Below are positions 24,288 through 33,909 of a DNA stretch of 34,861 bases, piece by piece (the first letter of the stretch is position 1; each line of letters opens with the position of its first letter). Both the position numbers and the translations under genes were made by a program. The notes under the pieces were generated by a model, which saw nothing but the letters and a program-made list of their open reading frames with translations, was not told the origin of the DNA and searched no databases. Origin of the DNA: Candidatus Tagabacteria bacterium CG09_land_8_20_14_0_10_41_14 (lineage in GTDB: Bacteria > Patescibacteriota > Minisyncoccia > JAHISW01 > Tagabacteraceae); assembly GCA_002774055.1 (NCBI GenBank), contig PEZL01000005.1:1101-35961 (forward strand). Direction: 5' to 3'.

Positions 24288-27200
24288 ATGGATTTTTCTA
24301 AAAATGAGGAAAAAATTTTAAAATTTTGGAAAGATAACGGTATTTTTAAAAAATCTCTTGACAAGGAAGCTCCACGGGGAGATTTTGTTTTTTACGAAGG
24401 CCCGCCTACGGCCAATGGCCGGCCGGGTATTCATCATGTTGAGGCGCGCGCCTTTAAGGACTTAATTCCGCGTTTTAAAACAATGCGGGGGTTTAGGGTT
24501 TTAAGAAAAGCCGGCTGGGACACCCATGGTTTGCCGGTGGAGATAGAGGTGGAAAAGAAACTCGGTTTTAAAGGAAAAAAAGATATTGAAGAGTATGGAA
24601 TAGAGGATTTTAATAAGAAATGCAGAGATAGCGTGTGGGAATATAAAGAAGATTGGGAAAAAATGACTGAGCGTATTGGTTTTTGGATTGATATGGAGAA
24701 TCCTTACATTACTTACAGCACTGATTATATTGAAACACTTTGGTGGATTATAAAAACTGCGCATGAAAAAAAGTTTTTATACAAGGGTTATAAGGTGGTG
24801 CCTCATTGTCCGCGTTGCGGCACCGCGATTTCTTCACACGAGGTGGCTCAAGGCTACAAAACTATTACCGAGGATTCGGTAATAGTTAAATTCCAAATTA
24901 CAAATTCTCCCGCTACGCAGGAACTTGCGAAGCAAGACAAATCACAAATTCCAACTTATATTTTGGTTTGGACCACTACGCCTTGGACTTTGCCGGGCAA
25001 TGTAGCATTGGCAGTTGGTGAAAAACTTGATTATGTAAAGATTAAACAAGGCGAGGAATTTTTTTATATTGCTAAAAATTTATTAAACAAAATTAAGGGG
25101 GAATATAAAATTGTTGAAGAAATTAAAGGTAAAAAGCTTGTTGGTTTGGAATACGAGCCGCTTTTTCCGGAAGCCGTTAAAAAGACTGATGAAAATTTCA
25201 AAAACGCTTTTAAGGTTTATTCGGCTGATTTTGTTTCTGTTGAAGACGGCACCGGTGTGGTGCATACGGCTGTGATGTACGGCGTTGACGATTATGAGTT
25301 AGGAGAAAAAGTTGGTTTACCAAAAGTCCATACCGTAAATCTAGACGGAACTTTTAATGAAAGGATTTTTAAGTGGCAGGGAAAATTTGTTAAAGCCGTT
25401 GAAAAAGAGATTATAAAAGATTTGGAAGAAAGAAAGTTACTTTATAAAACGGAAAAATATTCCCATGATTATCCTTTTTGTTGGAGGTGCGATACACCTC
25501 TTTTGTATTACGCCAAAGACAGCTGGTATTTTAGGATGAGCGAATTGCGTGATGATTTAATAAAAAATAACAAAAAAATAAACTGGATTCCGGAATACAT
25601 TAAAGATGGCCGATTTGGAGAGTGGCTCCGCGACGTGAAAGATTGGGCTATTTCGCGGGAGCGTTATTGGGGAACGCCGCTGCCGGTTTGGCAATGCGAT
25701 AAATGCAATGAGGAAAAAGTAATTGGTTCTGTTGAAGAAATAAGAAAAGAATTAGGCGGAATAAATAAATTATTTTTAATAAGGCACGCGGAGGCGGAAA
25801 ATAACATGGAAGGTATTAACAACTCACTTCCTGAAACAAAAAAATATCCGCTTACAAAAGAAGGAGAAAAGCAGGCGGAGAAAGTGGCCGGGGTTTTGAA
25901 AGAAGCAAAAGTTGATTTTATTTTTAGTTCACCTCTTTTGCGCGCAAGGCAGACTGCCGAAGCGATATCTGAAAAGATTGGTATTGAGATAAAATTTGAC
26001 GACAGGTTGAGAGAAATTGATTTGGGAGAGTTGAATAATCATCCGCACGCCGAATTACAGGAATTTTATCCCACCCAGGAATCGCGCGCGAAAAATACTG
26101 GGCATGGTGTTGAAAGCGGGGTTGATGTCAGGAAAAGAACGGAAGATTTTTTGGAGGAGATAAACGAAAAATATAAAAATAAAAATATCGTTATTGTTTC
26201 CCACGGCGATCCTCTTCAGATTTTATACGGCGCGGCGCAAGGAATTGATTTGTTTGATTCGCTTAAGGGCTGGTATCCGTTAAAAGGTTCTTTAAAACAA
26301 GTTTATTCAAAGCCGCTTGATTTACATCGGCCTTATATTGATGAAGTGGTTTTGGATTGTAAATGCGGCGGGAAAATGAAAAGAGTGCCGGAAGTGGCGG
26401 ATTGTTGGTTTGATTCCGGCTCTATGCCGTTCGCGCAGTTTCATTATCCTTTTGAAAATAAAAAATTAATTGACGAAGAAAAATTATTTCCGGCCGATTT
26501 TATTTCCGAGGCCGTTGATCAAACTCGAGGTTGGTTTTACACTCTTTTGTCCGTGTCTACTTTGCTCGGCAGGGGGCCGTCGTTTAAAAATGTGATTTGT
26601 TTGGGGCATGTTTTGGATAAAAATGGGCAGAAAATGAGCAAGAGCCGTGGTAATGTCGTAGATCCGATGGAAATGATTAAAAAGTACGGGGCTGATACGG
26701 TGCGCTGGTATATGTATATTATAAATCAGCCGGGTGACCCCAAGCGCTTTGATGAAAAAGATTTAAAAGAGGCCAGAAAAATTTTTGTGACCCTGGCTAA
26801 TGTTTTGGTTTTTTATAAAATGTTTACCCCGTTAGAAGTAGTTTCGCGGAGCGAAACGCAAGTTCTAACGGGGTTTGCCCTAGACAATGTTTTAGATAAA
26901 TGGATTTTGGCTAATTTAAATTTGTTAATTAAAGAAATAACGGAAGGTTTAGAGAAATACGATGTTACCACGAGCGCTAGAAAAATTGGAGCTTTCATTT
27001 TAGATTTATCGCAGTGGTATCTGAGGAGGTCTAGGGAAAGATTCAAGGGAGATGACGGCGGGGCGCGAAAAACTTTGCGTAAGGTTTTGGTTGATTTAAG
27101 CAAGCTAATGGCGCCCTTCGCGCCGTTTATTGCCGAACATATTTATCAAGAATTAGGCGGGAGAGAACAATCGGTTCATTTGGAGCGTTGGCCGGAAGTT

Positions 27201-27686
27201 AGAAAAGAATTCATTGATGAAAAAATTTTGGAAGATATGAAAAAAGCAAGGCAGGATGTGTCGGTTGGTTTGGATTTAAGATTAAAAGCCGGCATCAATG
27301 TCCGCCAGCCGCTTGTTTTTTTTGAAACGCCGAATAAGTTTGGCGGAGATTTGCTGGAAGTGATAAAAGACGAACTCAATGTGAAAGAAGTAAAGGCGGG
27401 GAAGGAATACAAACTTGCCACTGATTTGACTCCCGAATTAGTTCAGGAGGGGCAGGCGCGCGAATTAATCCGCACCATTCAGGATTTGCGAAAGAGAAAA
27501 GGATTGGTACCAAAGGATGAAATTGATTTGTCGGTTGAAACAGATGAAGAGGGTGAAAAATTCATCAAAAAAGTTGAAAGCGAGCTCAAAAAAGCCGCCA
27601 ATATAAAATCCATAAAATTTTCAGAAAATAACGGAGAAGAAATTAAAATTAACGAATTGCTTTTGAAATTGAAAATTGATAATTGA
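24288..27686 (+). CDS. ileS: Isoleucine--tRNA ligase (type 2) with an inserted histidine-phosphatase domain
   Basis: YEGPPTANGRPGIHH, GWDTHGLP, WTTTPWTLP, DWAISRERYWG, DQTRGWF and KMSKS; RHA...SSPLLRARQTA...SHG insert. Confidence 0.97.
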   Translation: MDFSKNEEKILKFWKDNGIFKKSLDKEAPRGDFVFYEGPPTANGRPGIHHVEARAFKDLIPRFKTMRGFRVLRKAGWDTHGLPVEIEVEKKLGFKGKKDIEEYGIEDFNKKCRDSVWEYKEDWEKMTERIGFWIDMENPYITYSTDYIETLWWIIKTAHEKKFLYKGYKVVPHCPRCGTAISSHEVAQGYKTITEDSVIVKFQITNSPATQELAKQDKSQIPTYILVWTTTPWTLPGNVALAVGEKLDYVKIKQGEEFFYIAKNLLNKIKGEYKIVEEIKGKKLVGLEYEPLFPEAVKKTDENFKNAFKVYSADFVSVEDGTGVVHTAVMYGVDDYELGEKVGLPKVHTVNLDGTFNERIFKWQGKFVKAVEKEIIKDLEERKLLYKTEKYSHDYPFCWRCDTPLLYYAKDSWYFRMSELRDDLIKNNKKINWIPEYIKDGRFGEWLRDVKDWAISRERYWGTPLPVWQCDKCNEEKVIGSVEEIRKELGGINKLFLIRHAEAENNMEGINNSLPETKKYPLTKEGEKQAEKVAGVLKEAKVDFIFSSPLLRARQTAEAISEKIGIEIKFDDRLREIDLGELNNHPHAELQEFYPTQESRAKNTGHGVESGVDVRKRTEDFLEEINEKYKNKNIVIVSHGDPLQILYGAAQGIDLFDSLKGWYPLKGSLKQVYSKPLDLHRPYIDEVVLDCKCGGKMKRVPEVADCWFDSGSMPFAQFHYPFENKKLIDEEKLFPADFISEAVDQTRGWFYTLLSVSTLLGRGPSFKNVICLGHVLDKNGQKMSKSRGNVVDPMEMIKKYGADTVRWYMYIINQPGDPKRFDEKDLKEARKIFVTLANVLVFYKMFTPLEVVSRSETQVLTGFALDNVLDKWILANLNLLIKEITEGLEKYDVTTSARKIGAFILDLSQWYLRRSRERFKGDDGGARKTLRKVLVDLSKLMAPFAPFIAEHIYQELGGREQSVHLERWPEVRKEFIDEKILEDMKKARQDVSVGLDLRLKAGINVRQPLVFFETPNKFGGDLLEVIKDELNVKEVKAGKEYKLATDLTPELVQEGQARELIRTIQDLRKRKGLVPKDEIDLSVETDEEGEKFIKKVESELKKAANIKSIKFSENNGEEIKINELLLKLKIDN
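24887..24958 (+). repeat. CAAATTN heptamer array interrupted by a 30-nt family-B double hairpin, inside ileS
   Basis: TAAATTC CAAATTA CAAATTC [TCCCGCTACGCAGGAACTTGCGAAGCAAGA] CAAATCA CAAATTC CAACTTA. Confidence 0.88.
26826..26874. mobile_element. Miniature inverted-repeat element (family D) in frame in ileS
   Basis: Perfect 12-bp IR ACCCCGTTAGAA/TTCTAACGGGGT with inner hairpin GTTTCGC-GGA-GCGAAAC; mobility inferred only. Confidence 0.65.
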
Positions 27687-27699
27687 GCATTGAAAATTG
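27667..27699 (+). repeat. AATTGAN heptamer array spanning the ileS stop
   Basis: AATTGAA AATTGAT AATTGAG CATTGAA AATTG. Confidence 0.75.
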
Positions 27700-27703
27700 T
27701 TGT

Positions 27704-28207
27704 ATGTCTTATCGTGTCTACACAACCGAAGCTGTTATTTTGAAAAAAGCCGATATTGGCGAGGCGGATAAACTTTTTTCTTTTTTCACTAAAGATTTCG
27801 GCCGTCTTGAGATTAAGGCGCAAGGCGCGCGGTATCTTAAATCTAAATTAAGGTATCATTTATCAGGGCGGGCTATTTTGAAAATTTCTTTTGTCGGAAG
27901 CAACGGTGAATATTGGCGTTTGGTTGGCTGTAATGAGCAGATTGTTTTTGATAATATCAAGAATGATTTTTTAAAGACAAAATCCACGGAGAGGGTTTTG
28001 TCTTTTGTCGAAAGATTAATTCAGGGTCAGCAAAAAGATGAAAAATTATGGAACGCTCTGGTTGAGTCTTTTGTCCTTATTAATACAAGGAGTTTTGCCT
28101 GTTTTGACCTTAAAAAATTTGAACAAGAGATGTTCGCGAAATTTTTAGCTGAGCTTGGTTATGGCGGCGCAGACATAGAGAGTGCTCTTGAGAAAAGTAT
28201 GTTATAA
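27704..28207 (+). CDS. recO: DNA repair protein RecO (short form)
   Basis: YTTEAVILKK..GEADK...FTKDFG...AQGAR...SKL OB-fold; FLAELGY; no Zn-finger tail. Confidence 0.85.
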   Translation: MSYRVYTTEAVILKKADIGEADKLFSFFTKDFGRLEIKAQGARYLKSKLRYHLSGRAILKISFVGSNGEYWRLVGCNEQIVFDNIKNDFLKTKSTERVLSFVERLIQGQQKDEKLWNALVESFVLINTRSFACFDLKKFEQEMFAKFLAELGYGGADIESALEKSML

Positions 28208-28216
28208 TATGTAATC

Positions 28217-30139
28217 ATGGAAGACAACAGCAGTTTAGAAAAACTAAAAAAGCGATTATATAAGGAAGGAGATAATGAATTGGAGAAAAGGACGGAAAGG
28301 CGGGAGACTTTTTCAGAAGGGGAAGGCATAAAATCTTATTGGAATAAACCAACTCGTCTTCGTGAAGATTTTAAGCAGACAATTAAATCTATGAAAAAGA
28401 AAACTAAATTTCCTTATTTTTGGCTCTTTTTATTGATTGGCGCCATAGCGCTCTTTTCTTTTGGCGGTCTTTATTTGTTGGGAGCGGGTATTTTCCCGGG
28501 CGCGAATGTTGTTTCCTCTCGTAATATTGATTTGGGTCTGGAGGGGCCTTCGTTGGTTAACGCCGGAGAATACAACAGGTGGTTTGTCAGTCTTACCAAT
28601 AATAACGCCGCGACGCTGGAATTGTCCGACGTAATTTTAAAATACCCCGCCGGTTCTTTGGACGCGGATGGAGAAATTATAAAGGAACAGCGTTTTCCAC
28701 TTGGCAAGGTTCGCTCCGGAGAGAACATCAGGCAAGGAGTCGGCTTTTTTGCGATGGGAGAGGAAGAAGAACTAAAAGAGATTGAAATAATTCTTGAGTA
28801 TAGATTAGAAGGCTCAAACGCTATTTTTGCCAAATCCGAGCTAAGAGTAATAAAACTGTCCCGTTCTCCCGTCGGCATCTCTTTGCATTTTCCCAAAGAA
28901 ACAGAAGCGGGCCAGGAATTATCTCTGGGTATTGAATATGTTTCAAACAGTGAAGTTGTTTTGAAAAATCTTTATCTTAAAATAGAGTATCCGCCGGGTT
29001 TTCGTTTTGTGGATTCTTCCTTGCCAGCCGTAGGGGGGAAAAACGAATGGGAGATCGGCGATTTAGCTCCGCGGGAACAGCACAGCCTGGAGGTCAAGGG
29101 AATATTGGAGGGGCAGGATCTTACGGAATTGGTTTTTCATGTTTCAATTGGCCGTAAAGACGAGAATAATGATTTTAATAATTTTAATTCGCAAACTGCC
29201 TCCGTTGTTTTGAAAAGATCGTTTCTTAATTTGAGTGTGTTGGTAAACGGTAAAGACGTTGATGTTATTTCAAGCGGTAAATCTTTGACGATTACTATCC
29301 CGTGGGAAAATGATTTACCTACGGAGGTGCGCAATGCGGTTATTAACGTAAAATTAACCGGTGAGGTGGTGGATTTTTATACCTTGAACGTTTCCCGGGG
29401 TTTTTATAGATCTTCTGATAACAGTATAATCTGGAATTTTTCCAGTTTTTCGGATTTGTCCTCGCTTAGCCCCGGAGAAACGGGGGAAGCGAAGTTTTCT
29501 TTTTCCTTGAAAGATGTTTTTTCAGTAGAGCAGCCGGAGGATAAAAATTTTTCTTTCGTGATTGAGGGTGAAATGACGGGAATAAGAATAAGCGAACAGG
29601 GAGACACTTCGGATATCAGAAGCACCTTTTCTAAAGAAGTGAAGATTGCCTCCCATGTTCAGTTGGTTTCAAGCGTTTTGCATTATTCCGGCCCTTTTTC
29701 AAACCAGGGCGCTGTGCCTCCCAAGGTGGGCGAACAAACCACCTATACTATTTCTTGGTCTGTTTCCAATTTTTATAATGACGTTTCGGCCGTGATTGTG
29801 CGGGCATCATTGCCGTCTTATATTTCTTGGCTGGATAAGGTTGATCCTGCGGGTGAAGATGTAACTTACAATGCTTCAACGGGCGAAGTTGTTTGGACTC
29901 CCGGATTGGTGGAGGCGGGTACCGGAATTTTAAGACCTGTTAAAACTTTTTCTTTTCAGGTTGCGCTGACGCCGGCTCTTAATCAGGTTGGCGATTCCCC
30001 TGTCTTATCTGATCGGCCTTCTTTTGAGGGGAAGGATTTGTTTACCGGCGTGGTTTTAAGAACAACCGGCGTTTTATTAAAAACCAATTCTATCCCGGAG
30101 GCACAATTCAATAATTATCTGGGAAAGGTGATAGAATAA
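28217..30139 (+). CDS. Membrane-anchored extracellular beta-sandwich repeat protein (hypothetical)
   Basis: TM helix [21 protein letters not shown] followed by repeated Ig-like units (YPPGF...[23 protein letters not shown]). Confidence 0.75.
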   Translation: MEDNSSLEKLKKRLYKEGDNELEKRTERRETFSEGEGIKSYWNKPTRLREDFKQTIKSMKKKTKFPYFWLFLLIGAIALFSFGGLYLLGAGIFPGANVVSSRNIDLGLEGPSLVNAGEYNRWFVSLTNNNAATLELSDVILKYPAGSLDADGEIIKEQRFPLGKVRSGENIRQGVGFFAMGEEEELKEIEIILEYRLEGSNAIFAKSELRVIKLSRSPVGISLHFPKETEAGQELSLGIEYVSNSEVVLKNLYLKIEYPPGFRFVDSSLPAVGGKNEWEIGDLAPREQHSLEVKGILEGQDLTELVFHVSIGRKDENNDFNNFNSQTASVVLKRSFLNLSVLVNGKDVDVISSGKSLTITIPWENDLPTEVRNAVINVKLTGEVVDFYTLNVSRGFYRSSDNSIIWNFSSFSDLSSLSPGETGEAKFSFSLKDVFSVEQPEDKNFSFVIEGEMTGIRISEQGDTSDIRSTFSKEVKIASHVQLVSSVLHYSGPFSNQGAVPPKVGEQTTYTISWSVSNFYNDVSAVIVRASLPSYISWLDKVDPAGEDVTYNASTGEVVWTPGLVEAGTGILRPVKTFSFQVALTPALNQVGDSPVLSDRPSFEGKDLFTGVVLRTTGVLLKTNSIPEAQFNNYLGKVIE

Positions 30140-31349
30140 TGAATTATGAAATAAACAATTTAATGGACAAAATCGTGAGTCTGGCGAAAAGACGGGGTTT
30201 TGTGTATCCGGGTTCGGAGATTTACGGCGGTTTTGCCGGCGCTTGGGATTACGGCCCGCTTGGGGCGGAAATGCTTTACAACATAAAAGAGGCTTGGTGG
30301 AAAAATTTGTCAGCAGCAGAGAAGATATGTATGGCTTGGCAAGCACTATAATTATGCCGGAGTCTGTTTGGGCGGCATCAGGGCATTTGGAGAATTTTAC
30401 CGACCCTTTGGATGGTAAAAAATTTAACACTATGTTTAAGTCGGAGGCCGGCGCGCGAAAGGGCGAAACAACGAACGTTTATCTGCGGCCGGAATTGGCT
30501 CAGGGGATGTTTGTGAATTTTAAAAACATTGTTGATTCTTTTCATCCCAATCTGCCGTTTGGTATTGCTCAAATCGGAAAATGTTTCAGAAACGAAATTT
30601 CTCCGCGCGATTTTCTTTTTAGGGTGAGAGAGTTTAATCTTATGGAATTTGAATATTTTATTTTAGAAAAGGAATGGGAAAAGCATTTTGAATATTGGAG
30701 AAAAGAAATGTGGGATTGGATTAAGGAAATAGGCATTAATAAAGATAAAGTTCATGAATCGGAAGTATCAAAAGAAGAATTGGCGCATTATTCAAAAAGA
30801 ACGATTGATTTTGAGTTTGATTTTCCTTTTGGCAAAAAAGAACTTTACGGCCTTGCCTACCGCACTGATTATGATTTAGCAAATCATAAACTGAATTATT
30901 ATGATGAAGAAACCAAGAAAACTTTTATCCCTCATGTGATTGAGCCAACCTTTGGGGCCGATAGAACAATGCTGGCTATTTTGACCGGCGCTTACGCCGA
31001 AGATGAACTTGGTGGAGAGAAAAGAGTTTTTTTGAAACTGAAACCGCGCATTGCGCCGGTAAAGGTTGCGGTGTTTCCGTTGTTAAAAAATAAAGCGAAG
31101 TTGGTGGAAAAGGCGAGAGAGGTTTATAAGATGATTAAAGTTGCGATTCCGCAATTAATGTTTGACGATAACGGCAATATCGGCAAGCGCTACAGAAGGC
31201 AGGATGAAATCGGCACTCCTTTTTGCGTTACCGTAGATTTTGAAACTCTGGAAAATGATACCGTTACCGTCCGCGGCCGCGACACCGGTGAACAGCAAAG
31301 AGTTGGCGCAAAAGAACTTTTGGAATATATTCGGGAGAGATTGAAATAA
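30139..31349 (+). CDS. glyQS: Glycine--tRNA ligase (alpha2 type) with a -1 frameshift at about 30301-30309
   Basis: First frame: [24 protein letters not shown]; second frame: ASGH, YLRPE.AQG, FRNEISP, PHVIEP and [14 protein letters not shown]. Confidence 0.93.
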
Positions 31350-31371
31350 ATTGAAATAAAACTCTTAAAAT

Positions 31372-31400
31372 AAAAACAGACCGTACGCGGTCTGTTTTTT
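31372..31400 (+). terminator. Intrinsic terminator after glyQS
   Basis: AAAAACAGACCG-TACG-CGGTCTGTTTTTT. Confidence 0.85.
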
Positions 31401-31434
31401 GATTTTTGTATAATTTCGTGTTAATTTTAGAATA

Positions 31435-32721
31435 ATGATAAAGTTTCAGAAAAAGGTTTTGTCGAATGGGCTTCGGGTGATTGTCGCGCCCATGGAAAAC
31501 ACACAGGCGGTTACTTTGCTTGTGCTTGTCGGCGTTGGCTCCAGATATGAGACTAAAAAAATCAGCGGCATTTCTCATTTTTTGGAACACTTATTTTTTA
31601 AGGGTACTAAAAGTCGGCCTAAGTCCGGCCATGTTCATCGCGATTTGGATAAAATCGGAGCTATTCATAATGCTTTTACTTCAAAAGAAACCACGGGATT
31701 TTGGGTAAAATCTTCGGCCAAGGATTTTGATACGAGTTTAGACATAGTGTCCGATATTTTACTGGAGTCTCTTTTTAAAAAAGAAGAAATAGAAAAAGAA
31801 CGAGGGGTAATTATTCAGGAAATCAGCATGTATGAGGACGAACCCATGAGAAAAGTGTGGGACGTGTTGGAAAGTTTAACTTACGGCGATCATCCTATCG
31901 GTTGGAGTATTGTCGGAGAAAAGGAAACAGTTTCTTCAATAAGACGCAGTGATATTATTGCGTATAAAAATAAAAATTATTTGTCTCAAAATATGGTGGT
32001 GGTTGTCGCGGGCGCCGTTGATTCTTTTGTCGCTTTTGAAAAAATCGGTAATGTTTTTAAGAAAATAAAAAAGGGTAAAAATAAGCGGGCGCTGAAGGCG
32101 AGAATCAGTCAAAAAAATCCTCGTGTAAAAATAATAAATAAACCGTCGGATCAGACTCATTTGGCTATGGCTGTGAGGGGTTATGATATGTATGACAAGA
32201 AAAGACACGCCTTGAATTTACTCGCGGTTATCCTTGGCGGGAACGCTTCTTCAAAACTTTTTGATGAAATAAGAGAAAAACTCGGTCTGGCTTATTATGT
32301 TTTCGCGAACTCCGACCAGTCCACGGATTGTGGCTATTTGGGTATTGGAATAGGCGTTTCTCATGATAATTCCGAGCGGGCCGTCAAAAAAACTTTTGAA
32401 ATCCTGCGCGCCTTAAAGAAGGAGGTTCTTTCTCAAAACGAATTGAAGTTTGCCAAAAGTTTTTTGCGCGGGCAGATGGCTTTAAAAATGGAAACTACAG
32501 ATGAGGTCGCCGCCTTTTGCGCTTCAAGAGAATTATTTTATAAAAAAATAGAACAACCGGAGGACATGCTGAAAAAGATTGAAAAAGTGACGGGAAGTGA
32601 TATTCTAAAAATAACGAGGGAGCTCTTTGTTCCTTCAAGGATAAATATCAGCGCTATAGGTTTTGAGGAAAAAGTTCCTTCAAAGGAGTCTTTTTATAAG
32701 AAATTATTTTCCCGTTTGTAA
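31435..32721 (+). CDS. M16 (pitrilysin) family zinc peptidase
   Basis: GSRYE, HFLEH inverted zinc motif, NAFTS and LFDEIREKLGLAY. Confidence 0.95.
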   Translation: MIKFQKKVLSNGLRVIVAPMENTQAVTLLVLVGVGSRYETKKISGISHFLEHLFFKGTKSRPKSGHVHRDLDKIGAIHNAFTSKETTGFWVKSSAKDFDTSLDIVSDILLESLFKKEEIEKERGVIIQEISMYEDEPMRKVWDVLESLTYGDHPIGWSIVGEKETVSSIRRSDIIAYKNKNYLSQNMVVVVAGAVDSFVAFEKIGNVFKKIKKGKNKRALKARISQKNPRVKIINKPSDQTHLAMAVRGYDMYDKKRHALNLLAVILGGNASSKLFDEIREKLGLAYYVFANSDQSTDCGYLGIGIGVSHDNSERAVKKTFEILRALKKEVLSQNELKFAKSFLRGQMALKMETTDEVAAFCASRELFYKKIEQPEDMLKKIEKVTGSDILKITRELFVPSRINISAIGFEEKVPSKESFYKKLFSRL

Positions 32722-32734
32722 TTTTGTTTAATCA

Positions 32735-33796
32735 ATGGCTGATTTATTGAAGAAAAAAATATTGGTGGAAATAACCGCGGGTACCATTGTGAAGGCGGTG
32801 CTTTTGCTTTTGCTTTTGGTTGTGCTTTATTATATTAAAGATGTTGTCGCGGTTGTTCTTTTTTCCATCGTTATTGCCTCCGCGATTGAACCTGCCGCCG
32901 TCTGGCTGGAAAAGAGAAAGATTCCCCGCGCCTTGGCGGTATTGTCTATTTATTTAATTGTTTTTTTTATTTTCGGTTCCCTCTTTTATCTGGTTTTACC
33001 CACTTTTCTTTCAGATTTGTCTCAATTCGTCAACGATTTTCCGACATATCTTAAAAACTCGGAAAGTCTGCGCTCTTTATACGGCATTTTGCCTTTTACT
33101 GGAGATGGTTCTTTTTCTTCTGTGGCGGAGGAAGTTTTATCCCGTCTGCAAAATCAACTAAGCAGTATTACTGTTGGTTTTTTCGCGGCCGCGACCAAGG
33201 TTTTTGGCGGAGTTTTATCTTTTTTTCTGATGATTGTTTTGTCTTTTTATCTTGCGGTTCAGAAAAACGGATTGGAAAACTTTCTAAGGATTGTTACTCC
33301 TGTTGAATATGAAAATTATATTCTCGGACTTTGGGAAAGGTCTCGCAAAAAGATAGGAAATTGGATGAAGGGTCAGGTGGTTTTGGGTATAGTGGTTGGA
33401 GTTTTGGTTTTTTTGGGTTTGAGTATTTTAAGAATAGAATACGCGCTTACTTTCGCGCTTCTTGCCGCGGTTTTTGAACTTATTCCTATCTTTGGTCCTA
33501 TCTTGGCTTCTATTCCGGCTATTATCGTGGCGTTTTTCCAAAGTCCGACTTTGGCTTTGGCGGCCATCGGTCTTTACGTGATTATTCAGCAATTTGAGAA
33601 TCATTTAATTTATCCTCTGGTTGTCAGAAAGATAATCGGTCTCCCGCCGATAATGGTGATTTTGGCGATTATAATCGGGGCGAAATTGGGGGGTTTTTTC
33701 GGGGTTCTTCTGGCGGTTCCCATGGCCACTGTTCTTCGGGAATTTTTGAATGATGCGGCGGCCAAAAAACACACGCTTTCTCAAAAATCCCGTTAG
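32735..33796 (+). CDS. AI-2E (PerM/UPF0118) family transporter
   Basis: ELIPIFGP, IQQFENHLIYP and GFFGVLLAVP. Confidence 0.92.
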   Translation: MADLLKKKILVEITAGTIVKAVLLLLLLVVLYYIKDVVAVVLFSIVIASAIEPAAVWLEKRKIPRALAVLSIYLIVFFIFGSLFYLVLPTFLSDLSQFVNDFPTYLKNSESLRSLYGILPFTGDGSFSSVAEEVLSRLQNQLSSITVGFFAAATKVFGGVLSFFLMIVLSFYLAVQKNGLENFLRIVTPVEYENYILGLWERSRKKIGNWMKGQVVLGIVVGVLVFLGLSILRIEYALTFALLAAVFELIPIFGPILASIPAIIVAFFQSPTLALAAIGLYVIIQQFENHLIYPLVVRKIIGLPPIMVILAIIIGAKLGGFFGVLLAVPMATVLREFLNDAAAKKHTLSQKSR

Positions 33797-33909
33797 TGAT
33801 CTAATCCTTGGGATTTTGCAACGGGTTAAAAAAAGAAAAAATAAGATTTATTCAAAGTTTATTAAATAACTTACGGAAATGTTAAAACATTTCCTATCAC
33901 TAACGGGAT
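33787..33909. mobile_element. 123-bp MITE-like element (family D) with perfect 14-bp terminal inverted repeats
   Basis: ATCCCGTTAGTGAT (33787-33800) / ATCACTAACGGGAT (33896-33909); inner hairpin GGAAATGTT-AA-AACATTTCC. Confidence 0.7.
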
